IMG/VR virus record: IMGVR_UViG_3300044684_000278
Span: 32,001-96,000 of that record
DNA: 64,000 nt
Reading direction: 5' to 3' (one strand)
Origin: a virus
Shown here: positions 38,366 through 47,440 of the stretch, piece after piece
Numbering within the stretch: position 1 is the first letter of the stretch
Layout of the letters: every line of letters begins with the position of its first letter
The notes under the pieces: model-generated
The model's database searches: none
What the model was told of the DNA's origin: nothing
What the model saw: only the letters and a program-made list of their open reading frames with translations
Position numbers and translations under genes: made by a program

Positions 38366-38636
38366 CTATGGGATTTCTATAGTACCTGTGGTACCTGATT
38401 ACGTTAAACTCCGGGTTATGCTCCGGATCTTCCTTATAGGCAGGGTTATCTATCCATCTCCATCCGCTGTCCAGTGGAAATCCAAAGATTCCCTCCTCGT
38501 CCCATATACACTGCACATCAGAGATCCTGAATCTCCATAGGAAGACCAGCAGGGAAACAATCAGAATCATTGCTCCGAAAAGGAGCTGGGCAATGACCAC
38601 TATGACCATCACCACAATTCTCCAGAGCCATTTCAT
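38328..38636 (-). CDS. Membrane protein
   Basis: N-terminal hydrophobic segment. Confidence 0.55.
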   Translation of the reverse strand: MKWLWRIVVMVIVVIAQLLFGAMILIVSLLVFLWRFRISDVQCIWDEEGIFGFPLDSGWRWIDNPAYKEDPEHNPEFNVIRYHRYYRNPIDALLGKVTETTD

Positions 38637-38965
38637 TAGTATCCCCGCATCTGTGCCAGGAACCTTCTCAGTTCAGGGACGTTATCCATGGTAGCGGCAT
38701 CAAAGTTTGCATACCGGTCACGGACCACATTCTGAATGATTTGTTTGTCCTGAGGATCCTTTGCCTTTTCGTATTGCTCTTTATAAGAGGCCAGGTCCTG
38801 GATCTTTCCATCCACGTAACTCTGGGTGTGTTCAAACACGTTACGTTTAACGTTCTCCTGCCTGGGAGCCCAGAAAGCAAATGATCCGAGTTCAATGGCT
38901 GAAACAATCCATGTAAATGCTATCAGGGCCACTATGACTCCAATAGCTTTAAAAGCGGTCTTCAT
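38636..38965 (-). CDS. Membrane-anchored protein
   Basis: N-terminal TM; coupled to lipoprotein gene. Confidence 0.65.
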   Translation of the reverse strand: MKTAFKAIGVIVALIAFTWIVSAIELGSFAFWAPRQENVKRNVFEHTQSYVDGKIQDLASYKEQYEKAKDPQDKQIIQNVVRDRYANFDAATMDNVPELRRFLAQMRGY

Positions 38966-39483
38966 TATATGTTAAGCTTGAATGGTGATACGATAACACG
39001 CGGCTCTATATAAACCGGCTTACGCTGGTTAGTTTCAGGGTCAATCATTATTAACCAGGTTCCTTCTGCATCATTGGGCATAAACAGACCATTGGGCTCC
39101 GATTGAGGTAGTGATCCAAAGCTCTCCTGGTATCCTCCTGGATAAACCTGCTTCTGAGGATTGGAGAACTGTGCAGCGTAAGGAATACCGTATCCAATGC
39201 ACTTACCAAAGAAGATCAGCTTCCCGGTCATCTCTGAATACAGGTAAGCATAGCAAACCAGATTGGGATTATCCCTTAACTCATAGAGATCAGCAATCTG
39301 CTTTTTCTCTGTAAAGTTGTGGATGGCAGGCATACCTACCTGGCGGGTAGCTTCCTGCTGCAGTTGTTCCTGCCGGTTCTGGTCTATACGGTCCGCATTC
39401 GGCTGGGCAGGTACATTGGTACAAGAGAATAGCCCTGTGATAGCTACACAGGTTAACAGGCTGAGAATAGCTCTTTTTTTCAT
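38965..39483 (-). CDS. Lipoprotein
   Basis: Lipobox LFS-C. Confidence 0.7.
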   Translation of the reverse strand: MKKRAILSLLTCVAITGLFSCTNVPAQPNADRIDQNRQEQLQQEATRQVGMPAIHNFTEKKQIADLYELRDNPNLVCYAYLYSEMTGKLIFFGKCIGYGIPYAAQFSNPQKQVYPGGYQESFGSLPQSEPNGLFMPNDAEGTWLIMIDPETNQRKPVYIEPRVIVSPFKLNI

Positions 39484-39775
39484 GTTTTGAATTGATGTAT
39501 AAAAGTGTGAATAATAGGTTACAGTAGTTGATTATCAGGGGTAGAGTTACAGACATGTTTAAAAAAACCGGGAAGGATTGCTCCCGCCCGGTCCATCAAC
39601 ATAAACACATAAAACAACTCTTTATATCTTCCTAATGGTATAGCCAAACTTGCTGAGCAAGCTGTTGACATTTTCCAGTGTAGGCAGGGACATGCTCTGA
39701 AGTGCAGAACAAATTCCACGGATAAGTACGGATTCTTTCACCTTCTGATCCTTGTCAGAATGGGTGATAGTGTGA

Positions 39776-40072
39776 TTATTTACGGGCATAGGTTTCTTTA
39801 AGATGACTCATACCTTTTTTAATCAACTCATCCAATGGACTCAGACCAATGGTATGGATCATCAGCCCCAGGGATTCTGTTATAAATCCAAAGGCTCCTG
39901 CTTCCACCTTCATGATCTTATATCCTACTACAGCTATAAGTGCTCCCACACTCATACGATGGTAAAATGTGTGATCTTCTCCCAGGAGATGATTACAGAT
40001 TTTACGGGTAGGACTGAAGTCCTGGACCCTGTTATTAAGGTAAAGCACGTTCCGTAAGATGTATTTGTGCAT
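39776..40072 (-). CDS. Hypothetical membrane-associated protein
   Basis: 98-aa ORF. Confidence 0.5.
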   Translation of the reverse strand: MHKYILRNVLYLNNRVQDFSPTRKICNHLLGEDHTFYHRMSVGALIAVVGYKIMKVEAGAFGFITESLGLMIHTIGLSPLDELIKKGMSHLKETYARK

Positions 40073-40107
40073 AACTTGTTGGTTGGTTGGTTGTCACAAT
40101 GGATTAA

Positions 40108-40719
40108 TTATAATTTGCCAAAAAGCTCCTTGAGGTTATTGAAGCAAATACCTTGATTTTCTTTCTGTTTCATGGTATGGCTGGTATAGGTCACCTCATC
40201 TTCTTTGGGTAGCCTGAAGGTCTTTCCAGGCTGATATACTTCCAGGAGACCAAATACATAGTCCAGCCGCTCCCGGATAAAACCAGTGCAACCTCTGTCA
40301 AAGACTGGATTCCATTCACCCTTTTCAACAAGAAGGTTTAGCTGCTCAGGGTTCATGGGAAAGAAATTATCACAGTGCTCAATGACCGTATTGATAATAC
40401 CACGGGAATCTATGTACAGGTCCTGCAGCTTGATCACAATATGATCATCACCTGCTTTTTCCACGTCTGATCCGTCTTTCAGGAAATTCTTCATGGCTTT
40501 ACGGGCACCCTCAGTGAATTTGTGGGTATCATCATAGAACAGTCCTATGATCTCAGGCTCCTGGCCCATCTCTTTTAGCTTGTTATAAAGCAGTCCTGCA
40601 AACACACCACAGCCCCCGGAATTGATGTCCGTAGGTGTCCATGCGTCTACAAAGGGTAAGGCTTCCTGTAAAAATGCTACAAAATGCAATGTTTCTTGTG
40701 GGTTAGTTAGTTGATACAT
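40108..40719 (-). CDS. Hypothetical protein, possible papain/transglutaminase-like Cys-His-Asp fold
   Basis: INSGGCGVFA...HIV...YIDS. Confidence 0.5.
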   Translation of the reverse strand: MYQLTNPQETLHFVAFLQEALPFVDAWTPTDINSGGCGVFAGLLYNKLKEMGQEPEIIGLFYDDTHKFTEGARKAMKNFLKDGSDVEKAGDDHIVIKLQDLYIDSRGIINTVIEHCDNFFPMNPEQLNLLVEKGEWNPVFDRGCTGFIRERLDYVFGLLEVYQPGKTFRLPKEDEVTYTSHTMKQKENQGICFNNLKELFGKL

Positions 40720-40828
40720 TGTCTTAAATGGTTTTTATGGATGAATGGATGAATTAGTTCAAATGAAAAACCCTGGCAGCCGTTACACATGCCAGGGAAT
40801 AAACAGAAATTATGGTCAGTTAAAGCGT

Positions 40829-41110
40829 TTACTGTTTGTACTTGCGAAACCGCTCGTTCACTTCCTTGTAGGCATCTTCAGCACGCTGGATGCTCTCCTC
40901 AATCCTCTTTATACGGGCACGGTGTTTATCCTCTTCCCGGATAAACTGATTGGTTTTGTGAATAATGTAGATAATGGTAAGCAGGTAAGCTATGGCCATC
41001 ATATCCCAGGGAACCTGGCTGCCTGAATACAGGATCAGTCCTGCATATACTCCCCAGATGATATGGGCTAATAACAGGGATCCCCAGGCTTCTTTAAAGA
41101 ATCTTTTCAT
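40829..41110 (-). CDS. Small membrane protein
   Basis: Two TM segments plus coiled coil. Confidence 0.55.
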   Translation of the reverse strand: MKRFFKEAWGSLLLAHIIWGVYAGLILYSGSQVPWDMMAIAYLLTIIYIIHKTNQFIREEDKHRARIKRIEESIQRAEDAYKEVNERFRKYKQ

Positions 41111-41135
41111 GGTTAATTAGGATTTGGATTATAAG

Positions 41136-41208
41136 TGCGGAGAGAAAGATTCGAACTGACGACCTTCCGGGTATAAGCCGGATGCTCTATCCACTGAGCT
41201 ATCTCCGC
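41136..41208 (-). tRNA. tRNA-Ile(UAU)
   Basis: GCGGAGA/TCTCCGC acceptor, TCCGG-CTTATAC-CCGGA anticodon arm; two T-stem mismatches. Confidence 0.8.
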
Positions 41209-41252
41209 ATGTAGTAAGAGCCAGAAGTTAATCCGGCTCTTAAATAAGTTAA

Positions 41253-41612
41253 TTATTCAGCTGAGTTGAATTCAGCAAGAATACCAGAGAAGTAAGCTAT
41301 TGAGTCCTCTGTGGCTGCTTCTACAGCAATAGCATTCTCCAGATTTTCCTGGGCACGCACAATACCTTGTACATAGGCTTTATTATCACTAAACAAGTTA
41401 GTGGGATACTTAGCTGCAGCCAATGCTTCTTCTGCTGACTCCACTGCGTTCTCGTCATCAACGAGTTTGGCTTTCAGAGCGGCTACCTGGCCTTCCAAGG
41501 CAGATACAGCTTTACGGGCAATTTTACCAGCTAATGCTTCAGTGTCATCACCTTTTAAACGGTTAAGAATTCCAGCTACTAAAATGGTCTTTTTTGATGT
41601 GTTTTTTGACAT
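41253..41612 (-). CDS. Ala-rich coiled-coil protein
   Basis: 119-aa ORF. Confidence 0.65.
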   Translation of the reverse strand: MSKNTSKKTILVAGILNRLKGDDTEALAGKIARKAVSALEGQVAALKAKLVDDENAVESAEEALAAAKYPTNLFSDNKAYVQGIVRAQENLENAIAVEAATEDSIAYFSGILAEFNSAE

Positions 41613-41617
41613 GGTTT

Positions 41618-43009
41618 TTACGGATTAAGGATTATTATTTTTGTTACTTGTTTCTTTTTGGTTAGTACTACGGGACTTTGATGACTAACCTGTGGCTGTC
41701 CCAGGGCTGCAGGTGTTTTTACGGGTAATGTGACAGGAGTGTTATCGGGCTGAGGGGATGGATTAACAGGGTAACAGAATGAATCCAATATTCTGATGTT
41801 TGCTGATTCATATATACCCAGATCTGCAGGCGTGATTTCTACATTGGTATTTTTATCAAACCATTTTCTGTCATTGCCTAAGAAGGATAGAGTCAGGTTG
41901 TCGGAAAATAGTGCATAAGAATCAGTATACATAACCCGTCTTTCATTTAATCCCCACTTATGACCTAATTCAAACAACTTTTCCTGCACTCTTCTGGAGA
42001 GATCAGGGTTATTTCCAGTCCAGATCTTGAAGTGGTTTGGCAGCTTTGATACCGGCTTCTCATCCTGGATGATTTCAGCCCACTGATAACCTGTAAATAT
42101 TTGTATCTCTTTCAAGGTACTTCCTTCTACTGTACAGATAACACTTTTTAAACTTTCCACTTTCGGGACTCCAACAATTGTATAGGTATCACCTGAAATA
42201 AATCCCTTTACTTTAGTACCAATAGGATATTTTCTCTTAGCTTCAGCTAACAGCTCTTCTTTTGGATCAGGTCTTACTTCCTGGGATAGTTGTTCTACTT
42301 TCTTAGCCCAGCCTTTATCTGATTGCCATACTACTCCTCCCCAACCATCTGTAATAAAAGATGAATTGTTGCTATCATGATAACCCCATACTTCTTTGTG
42401 TGTACACGGCTCTTTTGGATGGCCACTGACAGAGTAATACTTTGTACCCTCAGGATAGTTCTTTTCAGCCTCAATGAGTAATGCCTGATGATGCAGTGTT
42501 TTAGCACCACGTTTGGCATATCCTGGTTTAACAAGTTGAGGCTTATCATACTCTTCAAACTCTGATTCCAACATTGTCAGGGAAGAATGAAATGAGCATT
42601 CAACTTCTATTCTATGACACGGGTAGTCAGAATTATAATCATGGTATCTTATAACTTTTCCTGTTTTACCTTCTTCATCAAAATGCCAAAAGCAATAAGG
42701 ACCTTTTTTAAAAGTAACAGTATCCCCGATCTTAAATCTTAGCTCTGGTTCCTTTTTTTCTCCCTTAGCAGGTTGAATAATCTCAGCCCAGTATCCCATA
42801 CTATAGATCCTGGCTGTTTTCCTGTCTTCTGGGTTAGGAGCTACATCAACATATACATCCTGTCCTACCCAGTCAGAGGGGACATTTCTGAGACTCTTAA
42901 AGGGATTATCTGCTACTGTAAACTCTCTACCTTTTACAAGGTCTTTGAAACGGGCACCAGGGACAAATCCTTTTTGTTCAGCCCTGGCCGTAAATTCACT
43001 TTTTCTCAT
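41618..43009 (-). CDS. Mosaic multi-module protein with repeated (L..EA.K.YP.GT...WAEII) modules
   Basis: Three related modules plus an FKIGDTV SH3-like module. Confidence 0.7.
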   Translation of the reverse strand: MRKSEFTARAEQKGFVPGARFKDLVKGREFTVADNPFKSLRNVPSDWVGQDVYVDVAPNPEDRKTARIYSMGYWAEIIQPAKGEKKEPELRFKIGDTVTFKKGPYCFWHFDEEGKTGKVIRYHDYNSDYPCHRIEVECSFHSSLTMLESEFEEYDKPQLVKPGYAKRGAKTLHHQALLIEAEKNYPEGTKYYSVSGHPKEPCTHKEVWGYHDSNNSSFITDGWGGVVWQSDKGWAKKVEQLSQEVRPDPKEELLAEAKRKYPIGTKVKGFISGDTYTIVGVPKVESLKSVICTVEGSTLKEIQIFTGYQWAEIIQDEKPVSKLPNHFKIWTGNNPDLSRRVQEKLFELGHKWGLNERRVMYTDSYALFSDNLTLSFLGNDRKWFDKNTNVEITPADLGIYESANIRILDSFCYPVNPSPQPDNTPVTLPVKTPAALGQPQVSHQSPVVLTKKKQVTKIIILNP

Positions 43010-43464
43010 GTTCCTCCTTTCTATGGACTCATTTGATACTCATCAAAATCCATGACCAGGAAATAGGCCAGGATCAGTGTTAAAACAATAGCAAGCCACA
43101 TTTCAGGCTGACCTCTTAAGATCAGGATGACGGGCAATAGGGTAAGGATGGCTATAATACGGAGTATAATAATCACCATAAGTGTTCTTTTACCCCTCAT
43201 AACCTATCCCTTTCTTGAAATTCATCCCGGAAGCTATCCAGGCTGGTAGCTATCCATAAAAGCATAAGCAGGATCAGGTACAGAAAAGTAGCTGTAATAA
43301 TATCCCCGGCAGACAGCTTGATCTGTAAAAACAGGGGAACAAGAAGTGCTATGGATATATAAAAGATCGTGCAGTAGCAAAATAACGTATTGAATGTTCT
43401 CATAATGCCAGGATATGTCCAAGGGTTAAGAGTAGCCCCAGGATGTATACGATAAAGAATGTTT

Positions 43465-43806
43465 TCATGATTGTTTCAGTTTTTCAGAGAGCTGGTCTAA
43501 TGCAGTCTCTATTTTGTCAATGATATGTGGATTTGTTAGCTGACTGATGTTAACGGGTCTGTTTACTTTGTCATAAGCCTCTCTTTCATAATCTTCAGCA
43601 TATCTCCAGGAATAGGATTTCCCTGCAGCACGGTAATTCAAAGGATCAAAACAGATTCTTGTGTTACCATTTGTGTCATCTCCTCTTAAGTCTATTTCTG
43701 GCCGTAACCAGTCACAGTCCTCCCGTTGCTTAAAGACATAATTCTTTTTCCATGCTGGAAACGGTGTGTCTTCCAACAAGACAATATAATCTCCCTGCTT
43801 AAACAT
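43465..43806 (-). CDS. Conserved C-terminal helix family member
   Basis: FKQGDYIV head; tail IIDKIETALDQLSEKLK. Confidence 0.75.
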   Translation of the reverse strand: MFKQGDYIVLLEDTPFPAWKKNYVFKQREDCDWLRPEIDLRGDDTNGNTRICFDPLNYRAAGKSYSWRYAEDYEREAYDKVNRPVNISQLTNPHIIDKIETALDQLSEKLKQS

Positions 43807-44143
43807 CTTTCCCCCCTTTTAACTTGTCAGTTAGTTTATCCAAAGCCTGATCAAGCAGGTCTATTACTGGAGTATAGTCCACTTCTGAAACACGGACTGG
43901 GCCTCCATTCTTATTGTAAGCCTCTATCTCTTCTGTGGTAGCTGGACGAAGATCTTTCAGACAGAAGTTAACACACCAGCGATTGTCCTCCAAGATAGTG
44001 ATGAGATTCTTTTTAGCATAATCCCAGTCAAAATTGGGTGGCCAGGTACATTTACAGATTGTACCCACAAGGTGTGAGTAACTAAACTGATCATAGTTAG
44101 CAGACTTAATGACTACAATATCTCCGTTTTTTACTGTTTCCAT
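43799..44143 (-). CDS. Conserved C-terminal helix family member
   Basis: VKNGDIVV head; tail PVIDLLDQALDKLTDKLK. Confidence 0.75.
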   Translation of the reverse strand: METVKNGDIVVIKSANYDQFSYSHLVGTICKCTWPPNFDWDYAKKNLITILEDNRWCVNFCLKDLRPATTEEIEAYNKNGGPVRVSEVDYTPVIDLLDQALDKLTDKLKGGKDV

Positions 44144-44190
44144 ACTGGTTCAGATTAAAGCCTGGAAGATGTCCCCCAGGCTTAATAGAG

Positions 44191-44367
44191 TTACACTTTC
44201 CGGACGGACAGCCGGTTGATACTTGGTCTGTCAGCAATACACAGATCACTGAACATGCTGCTGATTTCATCATGGATAGATTCCTGTGATAATTTGTTTT
44301 TTACCAGTACTTTACCGGTAATTCCAATGCCCAGTACCTTGACTGGTTTTCCATTTTGGTTTTTCAT
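44191..44367 (-). CDS. Small ORF below the track cutoff (58 aa, MKNQNGKPVKVLG...)
   Basis: ATG 44367 to TAA 44191, followed by a hairpin. Confidence 0.45.
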   Translation of the reverse strand: MKNQNGKPVKVLGIGITGKVLVKNKLSQESIHDEISSMFSDLCIADRPSINRLSVRKV

Positions 44368-44433
44368 TGTTAATACGGATTGAGTTTTGAACTATTCCAC
44401 TATCTGCTACTTTGAATACACAGATGTTGGGTT

Positions 44434-44586
44434 ACAGTAGTAAGAGACACAGTATCACTATACTGGAAGGCTGTGTCTTTTCTCCAGCTCAACTTACTAC
44501 TGTCATCACCTATTAGTGGGTGAAGATCTTTGTCATCCCGGACCTCGTCCGGATCCTGCTATAGAGCCAGGAGAATGAATCATGAC
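44434..44586. ncRNA. Candidate structured RNA / REP-like palindrome cluster
   Basis: 11-bp stem 44434-44444/44493-44503, 8-bp stem 44445-44452/44471-44478, further hairpins 44506-44523 and 44538-44552. Confidence 0.5.
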
Positions 44587-44597
44587 TTTACCGGTGC

Positions 44598-45365
44598 TCA
44601 TGCTGCCTGATATGAATTGGCAAGGATCATATTGACCAGTGACTGGTGTCCGGCACCAAGTCTGTCAATACTTTCTTCGGGTTTGTCCTTTTGTTTGATG
44701 TAGATCATGGCTGCCTTGTAATCCACACGAATGTTCTCAAGGGTAAAATTCTCATCAAAGCCGTGCATTTGCTTGTTGAACAGTTCTATAAGCTTTGGGG
44801 TGGTACTATGCTCTATTTGCTGTATAAGTCTTTCTACGTACATAATATCATAGATCCGGTACATCTCCAGAAGCTTCAGTGTGTCAGCTTCATTGAGTAC
44901 TCCAGGATCTATACCCAGTGTCTTACGGAACTTTAAATACCGGACAATATCACTGAACAGCCTGGTATCCTTACTCATAAAGATCGGGAACGGCCCAGGT
45001 GTCAGGTTTTCATCCAGTAAGTAGTTTACATCCTTCACCTTCCCATTTTCCATGGTGATGTTGATGATGTCTCCTATACCATACATGAATTTCAGGGTAC
45101 CATCCAGGTTGTTTTCTGTGAAGGTATGATCCATCAGGAATTGCAGGGTCTCCTGGTCATTGAATGGCACGCCCATATGTTTTGCCATGAGCTTCATATA
45201 GAGCTGCATAGTGACAACCCATACGAGTTTCATGATAAATGACTTTCCTGTGCCGTTCTTTCCTACCAGGATGGCAAGCTCACGATACTCCATTTCTGAC
45301 ATATCCATCTTGAGTGGCTGTGTCAGGTTTACTGCTATTGTCTTTAAATGTCCTAATGAACTCAT
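44598..45365 (-). CDS. ABC-type (AAA_15/21-like) ATPase lacking Walker B
   Basis: GKNGTGKS, FMS..R, signature-like LGAGHQS; stop follows about 12 residues later. Confidence 0.65.
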   Translation of the reverse strand: MSSLGHLKTIAVNLTQPLKMDMSEMEYRELAILVGKNGTGKSFIMKLVWVVTMQLYMKLMAKHMGVPFNDQETLQFLMDHTFTENNLDGTLKFMYGIGDIINITMENGKVKDVNYLLDENLTPGPFPIFMSKDTRLFSDIVRYLKFRKTLGIDPGVLNEADTLKLLEMYRIYDIMYVERLIQQIEHSTTPKLIELFNKQMHGFDENFTLENIRVDYKAAMIYIKQKDKPEESIDRLGAGHQSLVNMILANSYQAA

Positions 45366-45646
45366 AGTGGTTAAAATGATAAAGTTAAGAGCTTCCCATT
45401 GGCTCAGGACCTCCGGGAAACTCAAATGTTTTAAACAAGCTCTTCTATTTTCTCTTCTGTGGGTTGATTAAGCTTGATCTGCTTTTTCAGGTTCTTTCCC
45501 ATGATCAGGCTGTCATATGCCATCTTGCAAAGACCTCCTACAAAGAACAATACTGCAGCTACTGCAAGAGCTACCAGTAGATAATGAAATGCGTTCATAG
45601 TAATAACGGATTAGTGGGTTAGTGATTCTGTTAATAACTTGATTTT

Positions 45647-45761
45647 TGGCTGGGATGCCCGGACTCGAACCGGGGACCTTCTGGTAACGTCGGCAATCAT
45701 CTGCAATAGATGAACATCGGAAATGCCAGTTGCTCTATCCCTCTTTCTGAGCTACATCCCA
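45647..45761 (-). ncRNA. tRNA-like RNA with a 41-nt anticodon loop
   Basis: TGGGATG/CATCCCA-G-CCA, GCTC/GAGC D stem, CCCGG-TTCGAGT-CCGGG T arm; insert contains a TCATCT/AGATGA hairpin. Confidence 0.72.
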
Positions 45762-45792
45762 GTGTATGATAAAGCCAGGCTGATGTTCCTGG

Positions 45793-46191
45793 CTAAAAGA
45801 TTTTATGGATAAACGGGTTCAGCTCCTCAAGCTGGCTAACATTGAGCTTCTTAAACCACCTGTAGTATTTGATATACCAGTAACAGAAGTATGGATTAAG
45901 GAAGGTATAAAATGCATAATGGAGATGAGGGCCGTTCCATGGACCCCCTTTACCAAGAATAAAACACCCTGATTCCTGGTTAAAAGAGAATCCTCCGGTT
46001 CCGTAGATGAATGCTTTGTTATCCGGGATTGATCCACCCTGTGTAGCCTTATAGAAGGTTTTGTATTTAAGGGTATTATAGACAATCCTGTAAAACTTCA
46101 TGTCATTCCACAATACGTATGTGGAACAAAGGATTAATAACAGCAGGACAATACCTGATGCCATCAGGAAGGATAAAATGTAGTGATACAT
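45793..46191 (-). CDS. Membrane-anchored hypothetical protein
   Basis: N-terminal TM. Confidence 0.55.
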   Translation of the reverse strand: MYHYILSFLMASGIVLLLLILCSTYVLWNDMKFYRIVYNTLKYKTFYKATQGGSIPDNKAFIYGTGGFSFNQESGCFILGKGGPWNGPHLHYAFYTFLNPYFCYWYIKYYRWFKKLNVSQLEELNPFIHKIF

Positions 46192-46256
46192 GTTGATTAA
46201 AATAAAAGCCCAGGATGTAGAAACACCCCAGGCTAAACCGTCCGACTAAAATGAGT

Positions 46257-46556
46257 TTATACAGCAAGTTTCACAGTGCTGGTTCCTTTGCTTATTTCAG
46301 CCCCGTCATTCCCTATCTTAATGGTGTATCCATAAACAGATAGTTCAAATACCGGTGTCTGAGAAACAGGTTTTACTTCTGATTTCCTGTGGATCTGTGT
46401 ATAATAAGCAGCTTCACAAGCTCCAGCACTTCTGCCTAATAATTTGGCAGTTTCTCTGAATGCTTCATCTTTTGTTCTGCATTTCTGCAGCTGTTCTAAC
46501 AGTACAGTCCTCTCCTGGGAAGACCAAGTGTTACGATTTAAGGGTTTTCCTGACAT
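46257..46556 (-). CDS. Myb/SANT-like HTH protein
   Basis: WSSQE..LL...AKLLGRSAGAC. Confidence 0.6.
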   Translation of the reverse strand: MSGKPLNRNTWSSQERTVLLEQLQKCRTKDEAFRETAKLLGRSAGACEAAYYTQIHRKSEVKPVSQTPVFELSVYGYTIKIGNDGAEISKGTSTVKLAV

Positions 46557-46586
46557 GGATTATTATAAATGAATGAGTTAATGAGT

Positions 46587-46823
46587 TTATTTGATGCCGT
46601 GGTTCATATACATGAATACAGCATAGAAATAGACAAATACCATCAGGGTGAGTGTGATCAGCAGCCCGATGTTGTCCATTTGATCGAGGAAGTCATAGTC
46701 TTTCTCCATCAGTCCCCGTTTCTGGGTCTTGCGGATGAACCAACGATATAGTTTAATATCAAACACCGGATATAGCAGTGAGATAGGAAAAACAATGAGG
46801 ATGGTTAGGATTAGGGTTTTCAT
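46587..46823 (-). CDS. Small membrane protein
   Basis: Two TM segments. Confidence 0.5.
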   Translation of the reverse strand: MKTLILTILIVFPISLLYPVFDIKLYRWFIRKTQKRGLMEKDYDFLDQMDNIGLLITLTLMVFVYFYAVFMYMNHGIK

Positions 46824-47089
46824 GATAAAACCTCCTCCGCATTAGATGTCAGTATTACTTCACTCATGGAGTCTTCAGTCCCGTTATCTACGTAGATGTA
46901 GAGCTTATCTGCTTCAATGTCTCCTACATAGGCTGTATCTCCTGAGAATCCTGTGTCTCTTAAGAGCTTAAAGGTATCCGGATCGTTTTCTTCCATCCTG
47001 TCCATGGATAATGGTGCCAATGGAAGAACCTGACCAAATGTTTTAATGTTTTCTTTTGCTACCTCTTTGGTGAATTTACGGTAGATCAT
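46820..47089 (-). CDS. Hypothetical acidic protein
   Basis: 89-aa ORF. Confidence 0.5.
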   Translation of the reverse strand: MIYRKFTKEVAKENIKTFGQVLPLAPLSMDRMEENDPDTFKLLRDTGFSGDTAYVGDIEADKLYIYVDNGTEDSMSEVILTSNAEEVLS

Positions 47090-47122
47090 AATGATATGGA
47101 TTATGTAAATGGATTGGGTTAA

Positions 47123-47437
47123 TTACTTATTTAGTTTCTTTTCAAGCTTGTTGAGGGCTGATTCTAACTGGTCTATAAGGGAAGACTCGTCCAGGACGAG
47201 CTTATCAAATTTAATCTGGGAAGCATTTTTATGACCATCCCAGATTAACTTAGCCCCAAGAGGTCTGCCGTCAGCTACTGAGTTCCAGACCCCTTTTATA
47301 GTGCCGTATTTCTTATCCTCCCAGTATTCCCAGTTGATAGCAGCATCAGTATGAAACGTTCCGTCTACTATTTCCTTGCGTGGTCTTACTCTTTTACCAG
47401 GAACACAGGTTTCCAATGTCAATAGTTGCTCTTCCAT
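47123..47437 (-). CDS. Conserved C-terminal helix family member
   Basis: LLT.ETCVPG.RV head; tail LIDQLESALNKLEKKLNK. Confidence 0.75.
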   Translation of the reverse strand: MEEQLLTLETCVPGKRVRPRKEIVDGTFHTDAAINWEYWEDKKYGTIKGVWNSVADGRPLGAKLIWDGHKNASQIKFDKLVLDESSLIDQLESALNKLEKKLNK

Positions 47438-47440
47438 AAG

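Noticed and set aside
37250-40760. GGAT/GGTT short repeats upstream of minus-strand starts
   Set aside because: Consistent with A/C-rich, Shine-Dalgarno-less translation initiation regions of Bacteroidota; no fixed spacing.
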